Assembly (NCBI RefSeq): GCF_963921235.1
Contig: NC_086097.1
Span: forward strand, 120,220,001-120,284,000
Source: Mobula hypostoma
Lineage: Eukaryota
DNA: 64,000 bases
Direction of reading: 5' to 3'
Shown here one piece after another: positions 36,779 to 49,463 of this stretch. A model generated the notes under the pieces. The model saw only the letters and a program-made list of their open reading frames with translations. It was not told the origin of the DNA and did no database searches. The translations under genes and the position numbers were made by a program. Every line of letters starts with the position of its first letter. The first letter of the stretch is position 1.

Positions 36779-37309
36779 CCTCCCTCCAAAAAAAAATTGG
36801 GTCTCTTAAGAACAAAATATTAACAGTTAACAATTTACAAAAAAATCAATCTTTGTAAGGAATTTGGCTTGTCCAACTTTATCCACACAATCATCTACCC
36901 TAGGGATTGGATATGCATCAGTTTTTGCATGTAGTAATGAGAAGAGTGCATGTCTTGGGTGATGGGGGTCTTTAATGATGGATCCCGCCTTTTTGAGGTA
37001 TTGCACTTTGAAGATGCCCTGGTTGCTGGGGAGGCTAATGCCTATGATGGGGTTCTCTTCCTCGCTCTGACTTCCACCGACATTGACTGAGTTTGTGACT
37101 GAGGGACACTATTCGGGCAGAGCAAAGGAGTCTTTTCACTCTAGAGCGATTCGTGCTTTCTGTGATGTTGCAATTGTATCATTTGTGCCAGTGATCTCAG
37201 TTGTATTACATTTAAATAATATGGAGATTTGACCAACAGAGCATTTCGGTTCCTGTTTTCTTGTAATTGGTGTAAGGGAACTCCAGGCATGAATTGCAAT
37301 TGCAAGGAT

Positions 37310-38425
37310 TCAGACTGTTTCTTTAAAACTGAGAGGAGGAGGAATTTCTTCGTTCAGATGATGGTTAATCTGAGGAATTCTTTGCCACAGAATGTGGTGA
37401 AGGCCAAGGGTGGTAAAGGCAGAGATGGATTTCTCGATTTTAATGGTTTTAATGGTTACCCAGAGGACGTGGGAGGTTAGGATTGAAAAATAAATCAGCC
37501 ATGACTGAATGATGGAGCAGACTTGATCTACTGAATTCTACTCCTATATCTTATGCCCTTGCAGTCAGAGACATGGCAAATGAAATTTATGGTTCTGAGG
37601 TGTTCTAACTTTAGGCACTCTCAGAACAGCAAGGTTTTAATGTCTGCTTAATAATCTGCAACCATGCATCAAAACCTCTTCCACCTGTCTACAGCCCAAA
37701 CACCTACACTCCAAGCTGAAGAAGGAAAAAAGGCCAAGACTATTTTCTAAATGGGGAGCAAATTCAGAATCAGAGGTGCAAAGAGACTTGGGATTTCTAG
37801 TGAAGGGTCGCCTAAAGGTGAACTTGCAGATTGAGTTGATAGTGAGGAAACTAAATGCAATGTGAGCATTCATATGGAGAGGATCAGAATATAAAAGCAA
37901 GGACGTAATGCATTTTAGAAGGTTTATAAGGCATTAATGAGACCTCACTTGAAGTATTGTGAGAAGCTTTGGGAGCTATACCTAAGAAAGGATATGCTGG
38001 CATTGGAAAGGGTCCAGAGGAGATTTAAGAGAATGATCCAAGTAATGAAAGGGTTAACATATAAGGACTGTTTGATGGTTTGGGTCTGTAATCACTGCTG
38101 TTTAGAAGAATGAGGAGAGATCTCATTGAAAACTACCAGATACTGAAGGTAAGAAGTACATGGAAAGGATGTTTCCAATAGTAGGGGACATCCCTTTGAA
38201 GAGAAATGAGGAGGAATTTCTTTAGTTGGTGAATCAGTGGAATTCATTGCGACAGATGGCTGTGGAGGCCAAGCCATTTTACATTTAAAGCAGAGGTTGA
38301 TAGATTCTTGATTAGTAAGAGCATCAAAGAGAGAATGGAGGTGAGATGGAAAATAAATCAGCCATGATCTAGTGACTCAATGGGACCAATGGCCTAATTC
38401 TGTTTCTATGTCTTATAGTCTTATG
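37310..38425 (+). mobile_element. Two CR1 3' fragments
   Basis: FKTERRRNFFVQMMVNLRNSLPQ, then TTTATAAGGCATTAATGAGACCTCACTTGAAGTATTGTG; tails near 37560 and 38425. Confidence 0.8.
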
Positions 38426-40109
38426 AAGACTAGTCCACAGCACACATCTAATACATTCTATCTGGCTCAGCTACATACAAATTAGCACAATATCCCTTCA
38501 GTTCAGGTCCAAATCTACAGCCAGAGTTTCACCTACACCTACACTTCAGATCAGATCCACTAACCGATGGCCCTGATTCTGTTCCAGGCCACTATCCGTA
38601 AGACTAATCACAGCCCTACAAGCACAACCCCATCCTATGTGCTCCTGTTCATGGCCCAGAAGTGCATCTGGATCCTGCTTACCCCAGAGCAGTCCTACTC
38701 CAAATCTTATCCAGTATTTCCCTTTGTTTGCCCTGCCTCAGTGTAGTGCATGACATTAGTCTCCGCAGACTGTTGCTTATCCTTGGGACTTGGGCTGCAT
38801 TTAAACTTTTATTCCAGACTCATTGACAACATGATTCCAAAATCTGTCTCATCCCAAACACTCCTGTACTCTGTGTAAACAACTATGTGTCATAAGGAGG
38901 TGGCTGTGAATGGACCCAAGTGTAAAACACCAACACTGAAGGACTAGGGACAGGACTAGAATACAGGCTGAAGGCAAGGACATGGACATGAAAACCGGGA
39001 ACCCTGAACAGGACTGGACAAGAGAGCTAGGAGTCCGGGCTTGGACTCCGAGCCAGAGACTTCACAAGGACCCAGAACCTGGGTCTTGCCTCTGACTCGG
39101 ACCTCAGAACTTGGCAAGGATGAGGCTTAGCAGGGAGGCAGGACGAGGCTGGAATCTTCAGGCTTGAGTTTAGAGGCGAGGATTGGCAGGAGTCAGGAGT
39201 CTGGAGTCTTCAGGCTTGAGGCTAGAGGTTAGAGGCTAGAGACTTGAGGTGAAGCTTGGCAGGAGGCAGGAGGCTGGAGTCTTCATGCCTGAGGCTAGAG
39301 GCTGGAGACGAAGCATGGCAGGAGGCAGGAGGCTGGGGTCTACAGGCTTGAGGCTAGAGGCTAGAGATTGAGGTGAGGCTTGGCAGGAGGCAGGAGGCTG
39401 GAGGCTGGAGTCTTCAGGCTTGAGGATAGAGGTTAGAGACTTGAGGCCAGGCTTGGCAGGGGGCCGGAGGATGGAGACTTCAGGCTTGAGGCTAGAGGCT
39501 AGAGACTTGAGGCAAGGCTTGGCGGGAGTCGGGAGGCTGGAGTCTTCAGGCTTGAGGCTCGGCAGGAGGCTGGAGTCTTCAGGCTTGAGACTGGAGGCTA
39601 GAGGCTAGAGACTTCAGGCGAGGATTGGCAGGCTCCTCCTGGGCAGGGCACGGTTCACTTGGGCAGGGTGCGGTACTCCTGGGCAGGGCGCAGATCACCA
39701 CCCAACGGAGGCATGGGACAGGAAGAGACTGCTGTCATAAGATCGCTCTGTCATAAGAAGATGGCTGGGAACAGACCCAAGTGCAAGACACAGACACTGA
39801 AGGACTAGGGACAGGACTAGGATACAGGCTGCGGGCAAGGACATGGACACGAAAACTGGGAACCTGGAAAAGGACTGGACAAGAGAGCTAGGAGTCCGGG
39901 CTTGGACTCCGAGCCAGAAACTGTACAAGGACCCAGTACCTGGGTCTTGACTCTGGCTCGGACCCCAGAACTTGGCAAGGACGAGGCTTGGCAAGCAGGC
40001 AGGATGAGGCTGGCGTCTTCAGGCTTGAGGCTAGAGGCGAGACTTGGCAGGAGGCGGGAGTCTTCAGGCTTGAGGCTAGAGGTTAGAGGCTAGAGACTTG
40101 AGGCAAGGC

Positions 40110-40390
40110 TTGGCAGGAGTCAGGAGGCTGGAGTCTTCGGGCTTGAGGCTAAGCAGGAGGCTGGAGTCTTCAGGCTTGTGGCTCGGCAGGAGGCTGGAGT
40201 CTTCAGGCTTGAGGCTAGGCAGGAGGCTGGAGTCTTCAGGCTTGAGGCTAGGCAGGAGGCTGGAGTCTTCAGACTTGAGGCTCGGCAGGAGGCTGGAGTC
40301 TTCAGACTTGAGGCTCGGCAGGAGGCTAGAGTCTTCAGGCTTGAGGCTAGGCAGGATGCTGGAATCTTCAGGTTTGAGACTGGAGGCTAG
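40110..40390. repeat. 33-bp minisatellite inside the LTR (GGCAGGAGGCTGGAGTCTTCAGGCTTGAGGCTA), about 8 copies
   Basis: Translates as repeated LGRRLESSGLR; variant arrays occur at 39130-39620 and 41580-41745. Confidence 0.92.
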
Positions 40391-40495
40391 AGGCTAGAGA
40401 CTTGAGGCGAGGATTGGCAGGCTCCTCCTGGGCAGGGCACGGTTCACTTGGGCAGGGTGCGGTACTCCTGGGCAGGGCGCGGATCACCACCCAAT

Positions 40496-40785
40496 GGAGG
40501 CATGGGACAGGAAGAGACAGAACCAACCGCAGGTAATAGCAAGACTGCCTGGCTTACCCGACGGAGGCAAGGGACAGGAAGGGACAGAACCAACCGCAGG
40601 TAACGGCAAGATGGCCTGGCTTACCCGATGGAGGCGTGGGACAGGAAGGGACAGGACCAACCGCAGGTAACGGCAAGACGGCCTGGCTTACCTGATGGAG
40701 GCAAGGGACAGGAAGGGACAGAACCAACCGCAAGTAATGGCAAGACGGCCTGGCTTATCTGGGCGGAGGCAAGGGACAGGAAGGG
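40496..40785. repeat. 67-bp minisatellite inside the LTR, about 4.3 copies (about 3.3 copies at 41861-42085)
   Basis: Units of GGAGGCAAGGGACAGGAAGGGACAGAACCAACCGCAGGTAACGGCAAGACGGCCTGGCTTACCCGAY start at 40496, 40563, 40630, 40697 and 40765. Confidence 0.92.
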
Positions 40786-43062
40786 AGCTAGGTACAGGGT
40801 GGCTCCAGGACAAGACTGCAGGCGAGACGAGGCAAGAGTTACCAGCAAGACAAGGCAAGGCTTCAGGCAATGCAAGGCGAGACGAAAACTTCAGGTGAGG
40901 CGGGAGTTACTGGCAAGACAAGGCAGGGCTTCAGGCGAGGAAACAGAAGGCAGGGGAAGGGATACAAGGAATAAGGACAAGAACAATCCTGCAGCCACAC
41001 CCTGCTCTCTGAAGGTATTTATGTGGCCAGACCCAATGAGCCTCAGCTGGCTCAATTAGAGCTTCACAAGAACAGAATCAGGGTAGACAGGAAAATGTGG
41101 AGCAAGGGTCGGTGGACTGGACCACGAACCGAAATATGGACTTTACGGCGCGGACCATGACAGTAGCCCCCCTGCCCTACGGGAGCCTCCTGGCGACCAA
41201 ACAGGGTATCTAGACTATGGACGAACTGGGCGGGTGGGAGGGTATTTAACAGAAGGGAACCCTGGGTGGGAAGAGGAAAATGACAGTGTCTGTGTCGCTG
41301 GGTCCATAGTTGGCTGGATCGTTCTGTCATAAGGAGGTGGCTGGGAACGGACCCAAGTGCAAGACACAGACACTGAAGGTCTAGGGACAGGACTAGGATA
41401 CAGGCTGCGGGCAAGGACATGGACACGAAAACCAGGAACCCGGAACAGGACTGGACAAGAGAGCTAGGAGTCTGGGCTTGGACTCTGAGCCAGAGACTGG
41501 ACAAGGACCCAGTACCTGGGTCTTGCCTCTGGCTCGGACCCCAGAACTTGGCAAGGACGAGGCTTGGCAGGCAGGCGGGACGAGGCTGGAGTCTTCGGGC
41601 TTGAGGCTAGAGGCGAAGCTTGGCAGGAGGCTGGAGGCTGGAGCCTTCGGGCTTGAGGCTAGGCAGGAGGCTGGAGTGTTCAGGCTTGAGGTTAGGCAGG
41701 AGGCTGGAGTCTTCAGGGTTGAGACTAGAGGCTAGAGGCTAGAGACTTGAGGTGAGGCTTGGCAGGCTCCTCCTGGGCAGGGCACAGTTCATCTGGGCAG
41801 AGTGCGGTACTCCTGGGCAGGGCGCGGTACTGCTGGGCAGGGCGCGGATCACCACCCGACGGAGGCATGGGACAGGAAGGCACAGAACCAACAGTAGGTA
41901 ATGGCAAGACGGCCTGACTTACCAGATGGAGGCAAGGGACAGGAAGAGACAGAACCAACCGCAGGTAACGGCAAGATGGCCTGGCTTACCCGGCGGAGGC
42001 AAGGGACAGGAAGGGACAGAACAAACCACAGGTAACGGCAAGACGGCCTGGCTTATCTGGGCGGAGGCAAGGGACAGGAAGGGAGCTAGGTATAGGGTGG
42101 CTCCAGGATAAGACTGCAGGCGAGACGAGGTGAGAGTTACCAGCAAGATAAGGCAAGGCTTCAGGCAATGCAAGGCGAGACGAGAACTTCAGGCGAGGCG
42201 AGAGTTACCGGCAAGACAAGGCAGGGCTTCAGGCGAGGAAACAGAGGGCAGAAGAAGGGATACAAGGAGTAAGGACAAGATCAATCCAGCAGCCACACCC
42301 TGGTCTCTGGTGGTATTTATGCAGCCAGCCCCAATGAGCATCAGCTGCCTCAATTAGAGCTCAACATGAACAGAAACAGGATAGACAGGAAAACCTGGAG
42401 CAAGAGTCGATGGACCGGACCGTGACCCAGAATACTGACTTCACGGACCAGACCATGACACTACGTGCCACTATTCCTTACTTTTGACGCCTTAACCAAC
42501 AACTCCGTAAGCAACAACTCTGCAGGTCAAGCAGAATCTGTGGGAGGAAAGGAATTATTGTTCCGGATCAAAACCCCACATCACGATTAAGAGTGAAGAA
42601 GGGTGAAGGCCAGTAAATAGCTGAATAGTGGCAAGTAAGATGAATCCTGCTTCAATTAAACATCTGGAAGCTCCATGTGGAATCTGGCATGACTGTACCT
42701 TCCGGTAGCATTCTATGCACAGACATGGAAGGTCAAGACAATATTCAATCTCCCTCAGGATGTGTGAGTTCACCAGATCATTCATATATAGTTTGTGGCA
42801 TGTTAATCAAATACTTTCTGGACTCATGGAAGTTTTGGACAATTTTGCAGGTTGTCTGAGCATGGCCAAATCCTGAAGATCAAGATAGCATTAAAGAAGC
42901 AATCACCAATCTGAAGTGTGAGTTGCTCCAAATATTAACTGTTAAACCATGGCAACGATGATAGGGTCTATGAGTCGGAGGTTCAATTCAATGACAACAT
43001 ACCAGTATGGTTCATCTTACAGAAGATAACATGGTTTGTACATGTGGCTAATGAGTGATAAA

Positions 43063-44481
43063 CATTACTGTTTCCTGCACCTATGCCAAGCTTGTCGACT
43101 TCATCAACTTTGCCTCCAACTTCCACCGTGCCCTCAAATTTACCTGCTCCATTTCCAACACCTCCCTCCCCTTTCTCAATCTCACTGTTTCCATCTCCAG
43201 AGACAGTTTATCTACCGATGTCTGTTATAAACACACAGACTCTCACAGCCACCTGGACAATAGCTCTTCCCACTCTGTTGTGTTGTAAAAACATCATCTT
43301 CTTATCTTAATTCCTCTGTCTCCACCACATCTGCTCTCAGGATGCTTTTCATTCTGGGACAAAGGAGATTTCCTCCTTTTCCAAAAAAAGGGGCTTCCTT
43401 TCCTCCACCATTAACATTGCCCTCAACCTCATCTCTTCCATTTCACACACATCTGCTCTTAGCCCATCCTCCTGCCAGTCCACCAGTGATAGGGTTCCTC
43501 TTCTCCTCACTTACCACCCCATCAGCCTCCGTATCCAGCACATAATTCTATGGAGCCTCCGCCATTTTCAACGGGATCCAACCACCAAGCACATCTTTCC
43601 CTCCCCTCCCCCCAATTTCTGCTTTTTGCAGGGATCGCTCCCTATGCGACTCCCTTGTCCATTTGTCCCTCCTGGCACTTACCCTTGCAAGCAGAACAAG
43701 TGCTACACCTGCCCCTGCCCCCTACACCTCCTCCCTCACTACCACTCAGGGGCCCAAACAGTCCTTCCAGGTGAGGCGATACTTCACCTGTGAGTCTGTT
43801 AGGGTATTGTACTGTGTCTGGTGCTCCCGGTGTGGCCTCCTGTGCATGGTGAGACCTGACGCAGATTGGAAGACTGTTTTGCCCAGCACCTATGCTCCGT
43901 CCTCGAGAAGAAACGGGATCTCCTAGTGCTCACCCACTTTAATTCCACTCCCCATTCCCATTCCAATATGTCAATCCATGGCCTCCTCTACTGTTGCAAT
44001 GAGGCCACACTCAAGTTGGAGGATCATCACCTTATATTCTGTCTGGGTAGCATCCAACCTGAAACCTAATGTCAAGAACATCGATTTCTCAAACTTCCAG
44101 TAATTCCAACCCCTGCCCCCCCTTCATAATTCCCCATCCCTTTTTCCCTCTCTAACCTTATCTCCTTGCCTGCCCATCATCACCCTTTGGTGCTCCTCTC
44201 CATATTTCTTTCTTCTTTGTCCTTCTGATCTCTCCGATCAGACTCCCACTTCTCAACCCCTGTATTTCTATCACCAACTGACTTCCCAGCTCTTGACTTT
44301 ATCTCTCCCCTTCCAAGTTTCACCTATCACCTTGTGTTTCTCTCTCCCTGCGCCACCTTTTAAATCTACTCCTCACCTTTTTTCCCTCCAGTCCTGCCAA
44401 AGGGTCTCAGCTTGAAATGTCTTTTTTTCCATAGATACTGTCTGGCCTGCTGAGTTCCTCCATCATTTTGTGTGTGTTGCA
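43063..44481 (+). mobile_element. Penelope-like element: RT C-terminus, GIY-YIG endonuclease and tail
   Basis: FINFASNFHRALKFTCSISNTSLPFLNL; FTCESVRVLYCVWCSRCGLL; KLEDHHLIFCLGSIQP; tail with a decayed hammerhead at about 44389-44421. Confidence 0.88.
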
Positions 44482-45974
44482 TGAACATTATATCGGATAG
44501 TTTTCAGCCATTTTGTGATAGTTTAGGTCAATGAAGACAGGAACAACAGATACAAAAGTCAATATTGATCACTGTGGGTTTACTAAAGATCAGTTTTGTT
44601 TAATATATTACATAACTAAATAGTTATTGCACCAAAGGAGTCACAGGAAACTATAGATACTGAAACAATAAACAAAATACTGAATGACCTTAGTGGGTCA
44701 GGAGGATTCACGGAGAGAAATGGACAATCTAAGTTTTGTTTCTGGACTAAATGAAGAGGCTTGACCCAAAGTGTCAACTATCAATTCCCCTCCACAGTTA
44801 TCACACTAATGATGTCTAAGTAATAATCTTGCTTCCAAGCAAAACACTTAAGCATGAACTTGAAATGTTTAACTGATGTCAAAGGTTTATGGTAATGCTA
44901 ATCAAATACTCATTTGAACTTGTGGATTTTTTGGCCTACATTGCAGGTTCTCTGTATAAGACCAAAATCCCATAAATCAAGACATTGCAGTAAATAAAAA
45001 TGATAATCTAAATGTTTCTCACCCAATGTATGCTATCAGATCTTCTGAGAATTACATGTTCTGTTTCTATATCAGATTTTTAAGCTCTTGTAGTCAGTTA
45101 CATTCATAAAATTCTGCAAATTGTTTGCCATTTTCAATCAAATATTTGTTCTATTCTGCGCAAGTTTGAACAGTGTTTCAGAAATACATCTCTAACATCT
45201 AGAACTACATTGTCCATGGTACTGGGATCATTGCCAGCATTATAAAACTACTCCAAGCAGAAATGAAAGGAAGAACTGGGCGAAGCTCTATAATTAATTA
45301 AATACTTTAAATATTTCAAAGTACATCACATTGAAATAAAAGGCATTAAGCTATCCTGAATCTTGAATTAAAAGAAGGTTGGCAGCATTTCTCTTTGATT
45401 TCACAGTTTGTTGTCAACATTAACAGTAATTAAACATGTATGAAGCAAAGTGGAGACACAAGAGACTGCAGGTGCTGGAATACACAGCAACAATCTGCTG
45501 GAGAAACTCTGTGGGTCGCACAGTACCTGGGGGAAGGAATTGTCAACAATTGCTGCATCAAGACACACTGCATGAACCAGAATTGCTCTTTTGCAATTTC
45601 ATCTCTTCATACAACACCGAGAATACTGAGATCAATGTTCAAACTGCACATTATTAGATCCTGATGCTTTTGTGATCTGAAGGTTCTTCTGAGGTCAAGA
45701 ATGAGGTTTAAGTCTAGTTGCTTATGATTACATTATTGCGTGTTACAAGAACAAAGAAGAAGAAGAGGCGTCGAGAGGAAGGAGGAACAGCGGACTAAAA
45801 ATTAGATTTAGTCTTCTCATACCAGACTAGAGAAACAGAAATTCCATTGATAACAACTAACTAATATAATTGCAAGATTCAAGCAGTGTGACACCTGCTA
45901 CTGAGACTATAAAGTTTTGAGATAAATGTGCAGCAATTGTTGGACAATTCATTGAACAACTACATGCACATGCA

Positions 45975-46220
45975 TTCATTGGCCACTTTCTTAGGCAAAG
46001 GATTGGAACCTGTTATGGTCTTCTTGCTGCTGTGATAGATGTGTTGTACATTCAGAGATGCTCCTCTGTACATCACTGTTGTATTGCGTGGTTATTTGAG
46101 TTACTGCTGCCTTCCCGTTAAATTGAACCTGTCTGGTCATTCTCCTTTGACCTCTCTCATTAACAAGGTGTTTTTTCCCCCACAGAGCTCTATGCTTGTC
46201 TCTGTAAACTCTAGAGATCT
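45975..46220 (-). mobile_element. Tc1-like MITE fragment
   Basis: CATTCATTGGCCACTTTCTTAGG; ORF 45991-46302 has ERGQRRMTRQVQFNGKAAVTQITTQYNS. Confidence 0.75.
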
Positions 46221-49200
46221 TAAGAACATAAGACATAGGAGCAGAATTAGTCCATTCAGCTCTGCCTTTCCATCGTGGCTGATTTATTACATCATTTAAC
46301 ATTATGTCATTATATCATTATATCATTCTTCTGCCTTCACCCCATAACCTTTGATGCCCTTTCTAATCAAGAATCTATCAAGCTCTGCTTTAATTAGACT
46401 CAATGACTTAGCCTGCACAGCCATCTGTAGCAATGAATTCCACAGATTAACCTTCCTCTGGCTAAGGAAATTCTTCCACATTTCTGTTCTAAATGGATGT
46501 TCACTATTCCAAGGCTGTGCCCTCCGGTCCTAGTCTCATCCACTTTAGGAAACATCCTCGCCACATCCACTCTACCTAGTCCTCTCAATATTGGTTAGAT
46601 TTCAATGAGATCCCCTCAGATTCTTCTAAACCCTGCAAGTACAGGCGAAGAGCCATTAAAATGCTCCGCATACATTAGAGTTTTCATTCCCAGAATCATG
46701 CTAGTGAACCTCCTCTGGACCCTCTCCAGTGTCAGCACATCCTTTGTTAGAAAAGGAGCCCAAAACTGCTCACAATACTCAAAGTGCAGTCTAACCAATG
46801 CCTTACAAAGCCTTAGCATTACATATTTGCTCTTATATTCTAGTCTTCTCGAAATTAATGCTAGCATTGCATTTTCCTTCTTTACCACTGACTCAAGTTG
46901 CAAGTTAACATTTAAGGAATCCTGGACAAGGACTCCCAAGTTCCCTTTGCATCTCTGAGTTTTGAATTTTCTTCCCATTCAGATTAACAGTCTACATCTT
47001 TATTCTTCTACCAAAGTTCATGATCATACATTTCCCTACACTATATTCCATCTGCTACTCCTTTGCCCATTCTCCTAATCTGTCTAAGTCCTTCTGCAGA
47101 CTCCCACCCTTGTCAACACTACCTGCCCCTGCACCTTTCTTTGTGCCATCTGCAAACACAGCCACAAAGCCATGAATTCCATCATCCAAGTCATTGACAT
47201 ATAATGTAAAGAGGACCAGTCCCACTGCCCACCCCTGCATAACACCACTATTCATCGGAAGTCAACCAGAGTAGGTCTCCTTTATTGCCTCCTATCAGTG
47301 AAACAATCTTCTATCCATGCTAGTATCTTTCCTTTTATATCATTAAGGAAACCTTTTTTTTTAAATCTTACTAAGCAACCTCATGTGCAGAACCTTGTCA
47401 AAGGCCTCCCAAAAATCCAAGTCAGCTGCATCCACTGACTCTCCTTTTTCTACTCTGCCCGTTATATCCTCAAAGATTTCCAACAGATTTGTTAAGCAAG
47501 ATTTCCCCTTAAGAAAACCATGCTGACTTCAGCCTACATAATTGTGTGCCTCCAATAACCTGGAAACTTCATCCTCCAACATCTTTTCAACCACTGAAGT
47601 AAGACTAACTGGCCTATAATTTATTTTCTTTGCCTCACACCCTTCTCACAGAGTTGAATGATATTTGCACTTTTCCAGTCCTCCAGAACCATTCCAGAAT
47701 CTAGTAAGATTATTACTGATGCCTCCAGAATCTCTTCAGCTCCATCTTTTGGAACCCTGGGGTGCAGTCAATGTGGTCCATGTGATTTATCTACCCTCAA
47801 ACCTTTCTGCTTCACAAAGACCTTCCCCTTAGTAATAGCATCCAGACTCATTTCTGCACCCCTAATACTCTCAAATTTCTGGCATACTGCAAGTGTCTTC
47901 CAGAGTGAAGACTAACACCAAATGTTTTCTAGATTCATCTGCCCTTTTTTGTCCACCATTACTTCCTCTCTAGCATATTTTCCAGTGGTCTGATATCCTC
48001 TCTCACCTCTCTATTACTCATTATAATTCTGAAAAATAACATTTGGTATCCCTTTTTATATTATAGGCAAGTTTACCTTCATATTTCAACTTTTCTCTCC
48101 TTATGACCTTTTAGTTTCCTTCTGTTGGTTTTTAAAAGCTTCCCAATCCTTTACTTTTCCAGTAATTTTTGCTAAATGCAGTCTCTTTTCCTTTTATGCT
48201 TTCTTTGACTTCTCTTGTCAGCCAGATTTACCTCATTCTCCCTTTAAGATATTTCTTCATCTTAGGGACGTATCTATCTTATGGTTTCTGAATTGTCCCC
48301 AGAAACTCCAGCCATTGCCTTTCTGCTGTCATCCATGCTAGTGCCCCTTTCCAATCAACTTTGGCCAGTGCCTCTCTCATGCCTCTGTAATTCTCTTTGC
48401 TCCACTGTAATACTGACACATCTGCCTTTATGTTCTCCCTCTCAAATTGCAGGATGAATTCTATCATATTATGATCACTGTTTTCCAGGAGTTCCTTTAC
48501 CTTAAGCTCTCTAATCAAAATGTGGTTCATTACCTACACCCAATCCAGAATTGGCTTTCCCCTGGTGGGCTCAACCATAAGCTGTTCTAAAAAGCCATCT
48601 CTTAGTCATTCTACAAATTCCCTCCCTTAGGATCCAAAGCAACCTGATTTACCAAATCTACCTGCATATTGAAATCTGCAATGACTATTGGAACATTGCT
48701 CTTTTTACATGCCTTCTAATTTACATCCCACATCCTGGTTACTGTTCAGAGGCGTTAATTTAACTCCCATTAGGATCTTTTTATCCTTGCAGTTTCTTAG
48801 CTCTACCCACAAGGATCTTACATCTTCTGCTCATATGTGACCTCCTTCTGAGGTTTTGATGCTACTTTTTACCAACAGAGTCATCCCAACCTGTCCTTTT
48901 GATACAATGTGTATTCTTGAATGCTGAGCTCCTAACTATGATCCTCTTTCAGCCACGAGTCAGTGATGTCCATATCTTTACACCTGACAATCTCAAACTG
49001 AACTACAGGATCATCCGTCTTATTCTATGTACTGTGTACATTCACATATAGCACCTTCAGCCTTGTATTCATCAGCCTTTTCAATTTTGAACCCGTGGTG
49101 CTCTTCTACCTATCCCACTGACTGCAATTTTGCCCTATTTTCTGCCTATCCTTCCTCAGAGTATCACTATAAATGGCATTGACTTGTATACCAACTGCCC

Positions 49201-49463
49201 CACCTTCAACCTTATCACTCTAGTTCCCATCCCTCCTGACAAATTAGGTTAACCACCCCCCCCCCCAAACAACTCTCTTGTCCCCCTTGGGTTCAGGTGT
49301 AAGCTATCCTTTTTGTGCACATCATACCTGCCCCAGAAGAGATGCTAATGATCCAGAAATCCGAAACCTTACTCTCTGCAAAAGTTCCTCAGCCACTTAT
49401 TGACCCGTACTGTACCCTATTCCTGCCCTGGCTAGCTCATGGTACTAAGAGTAATCCAGAGAA

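Larger units (their letters stand above)
31595..36927 (+). mobile_element. Gmr1-like Gypsy LTR retrotransposon (gag-PR-INT-RT order) with a rearranged 3' end
   Basis: Gag with CNYCKKPGHVVANC, protease ILRDTGASQS, and integrase (AHSIPLGGHLG, IRSDQG, HPESQGALER; about 34500-35572) upstream of RT (SPCVMVPK, LPFGMKNAP, YIDD; 35918-36455). The ORF is broken by stops. Confidence 0.92.
38888..42460 (-). mobile_element. Non-autonomous Gypsy (Sushi/chromovirus-like) element with three tandem LTRs
   Basis: Overall termini TGTCAT...ATGACA; TSD CTATG (38883-38887) / CTACG (42461-42465); LTR units 38888-~39731 (partial), 39749-41162 and 41325-42460; 162-bp internal region with a minus-strand ATGGACCCAGCG gag-like start and a PPT GGGCAGGGGGGCTAC. 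Confidence 0.85.

Noticed and set aside
39130..40800. Regularly spaced repeats as a CRISPR array
   Set aside because: The units are head-to-tail with no unique spacers, lie inside LTRs in a vertebrate context, and there are no cas genes.
39420..42357. Repetitive ORFs (LESSGLRL, ARDRKGQ) as real proteins
   Set aside because: They are by-products of G-rich minisatellites, and the frames are not preserved between LTR copies.
42555..42900. Possible minus-strand exon with a good acceptor at about 42873
   Set aside because: All three frames hit stops before the donor-like site at about 42700.
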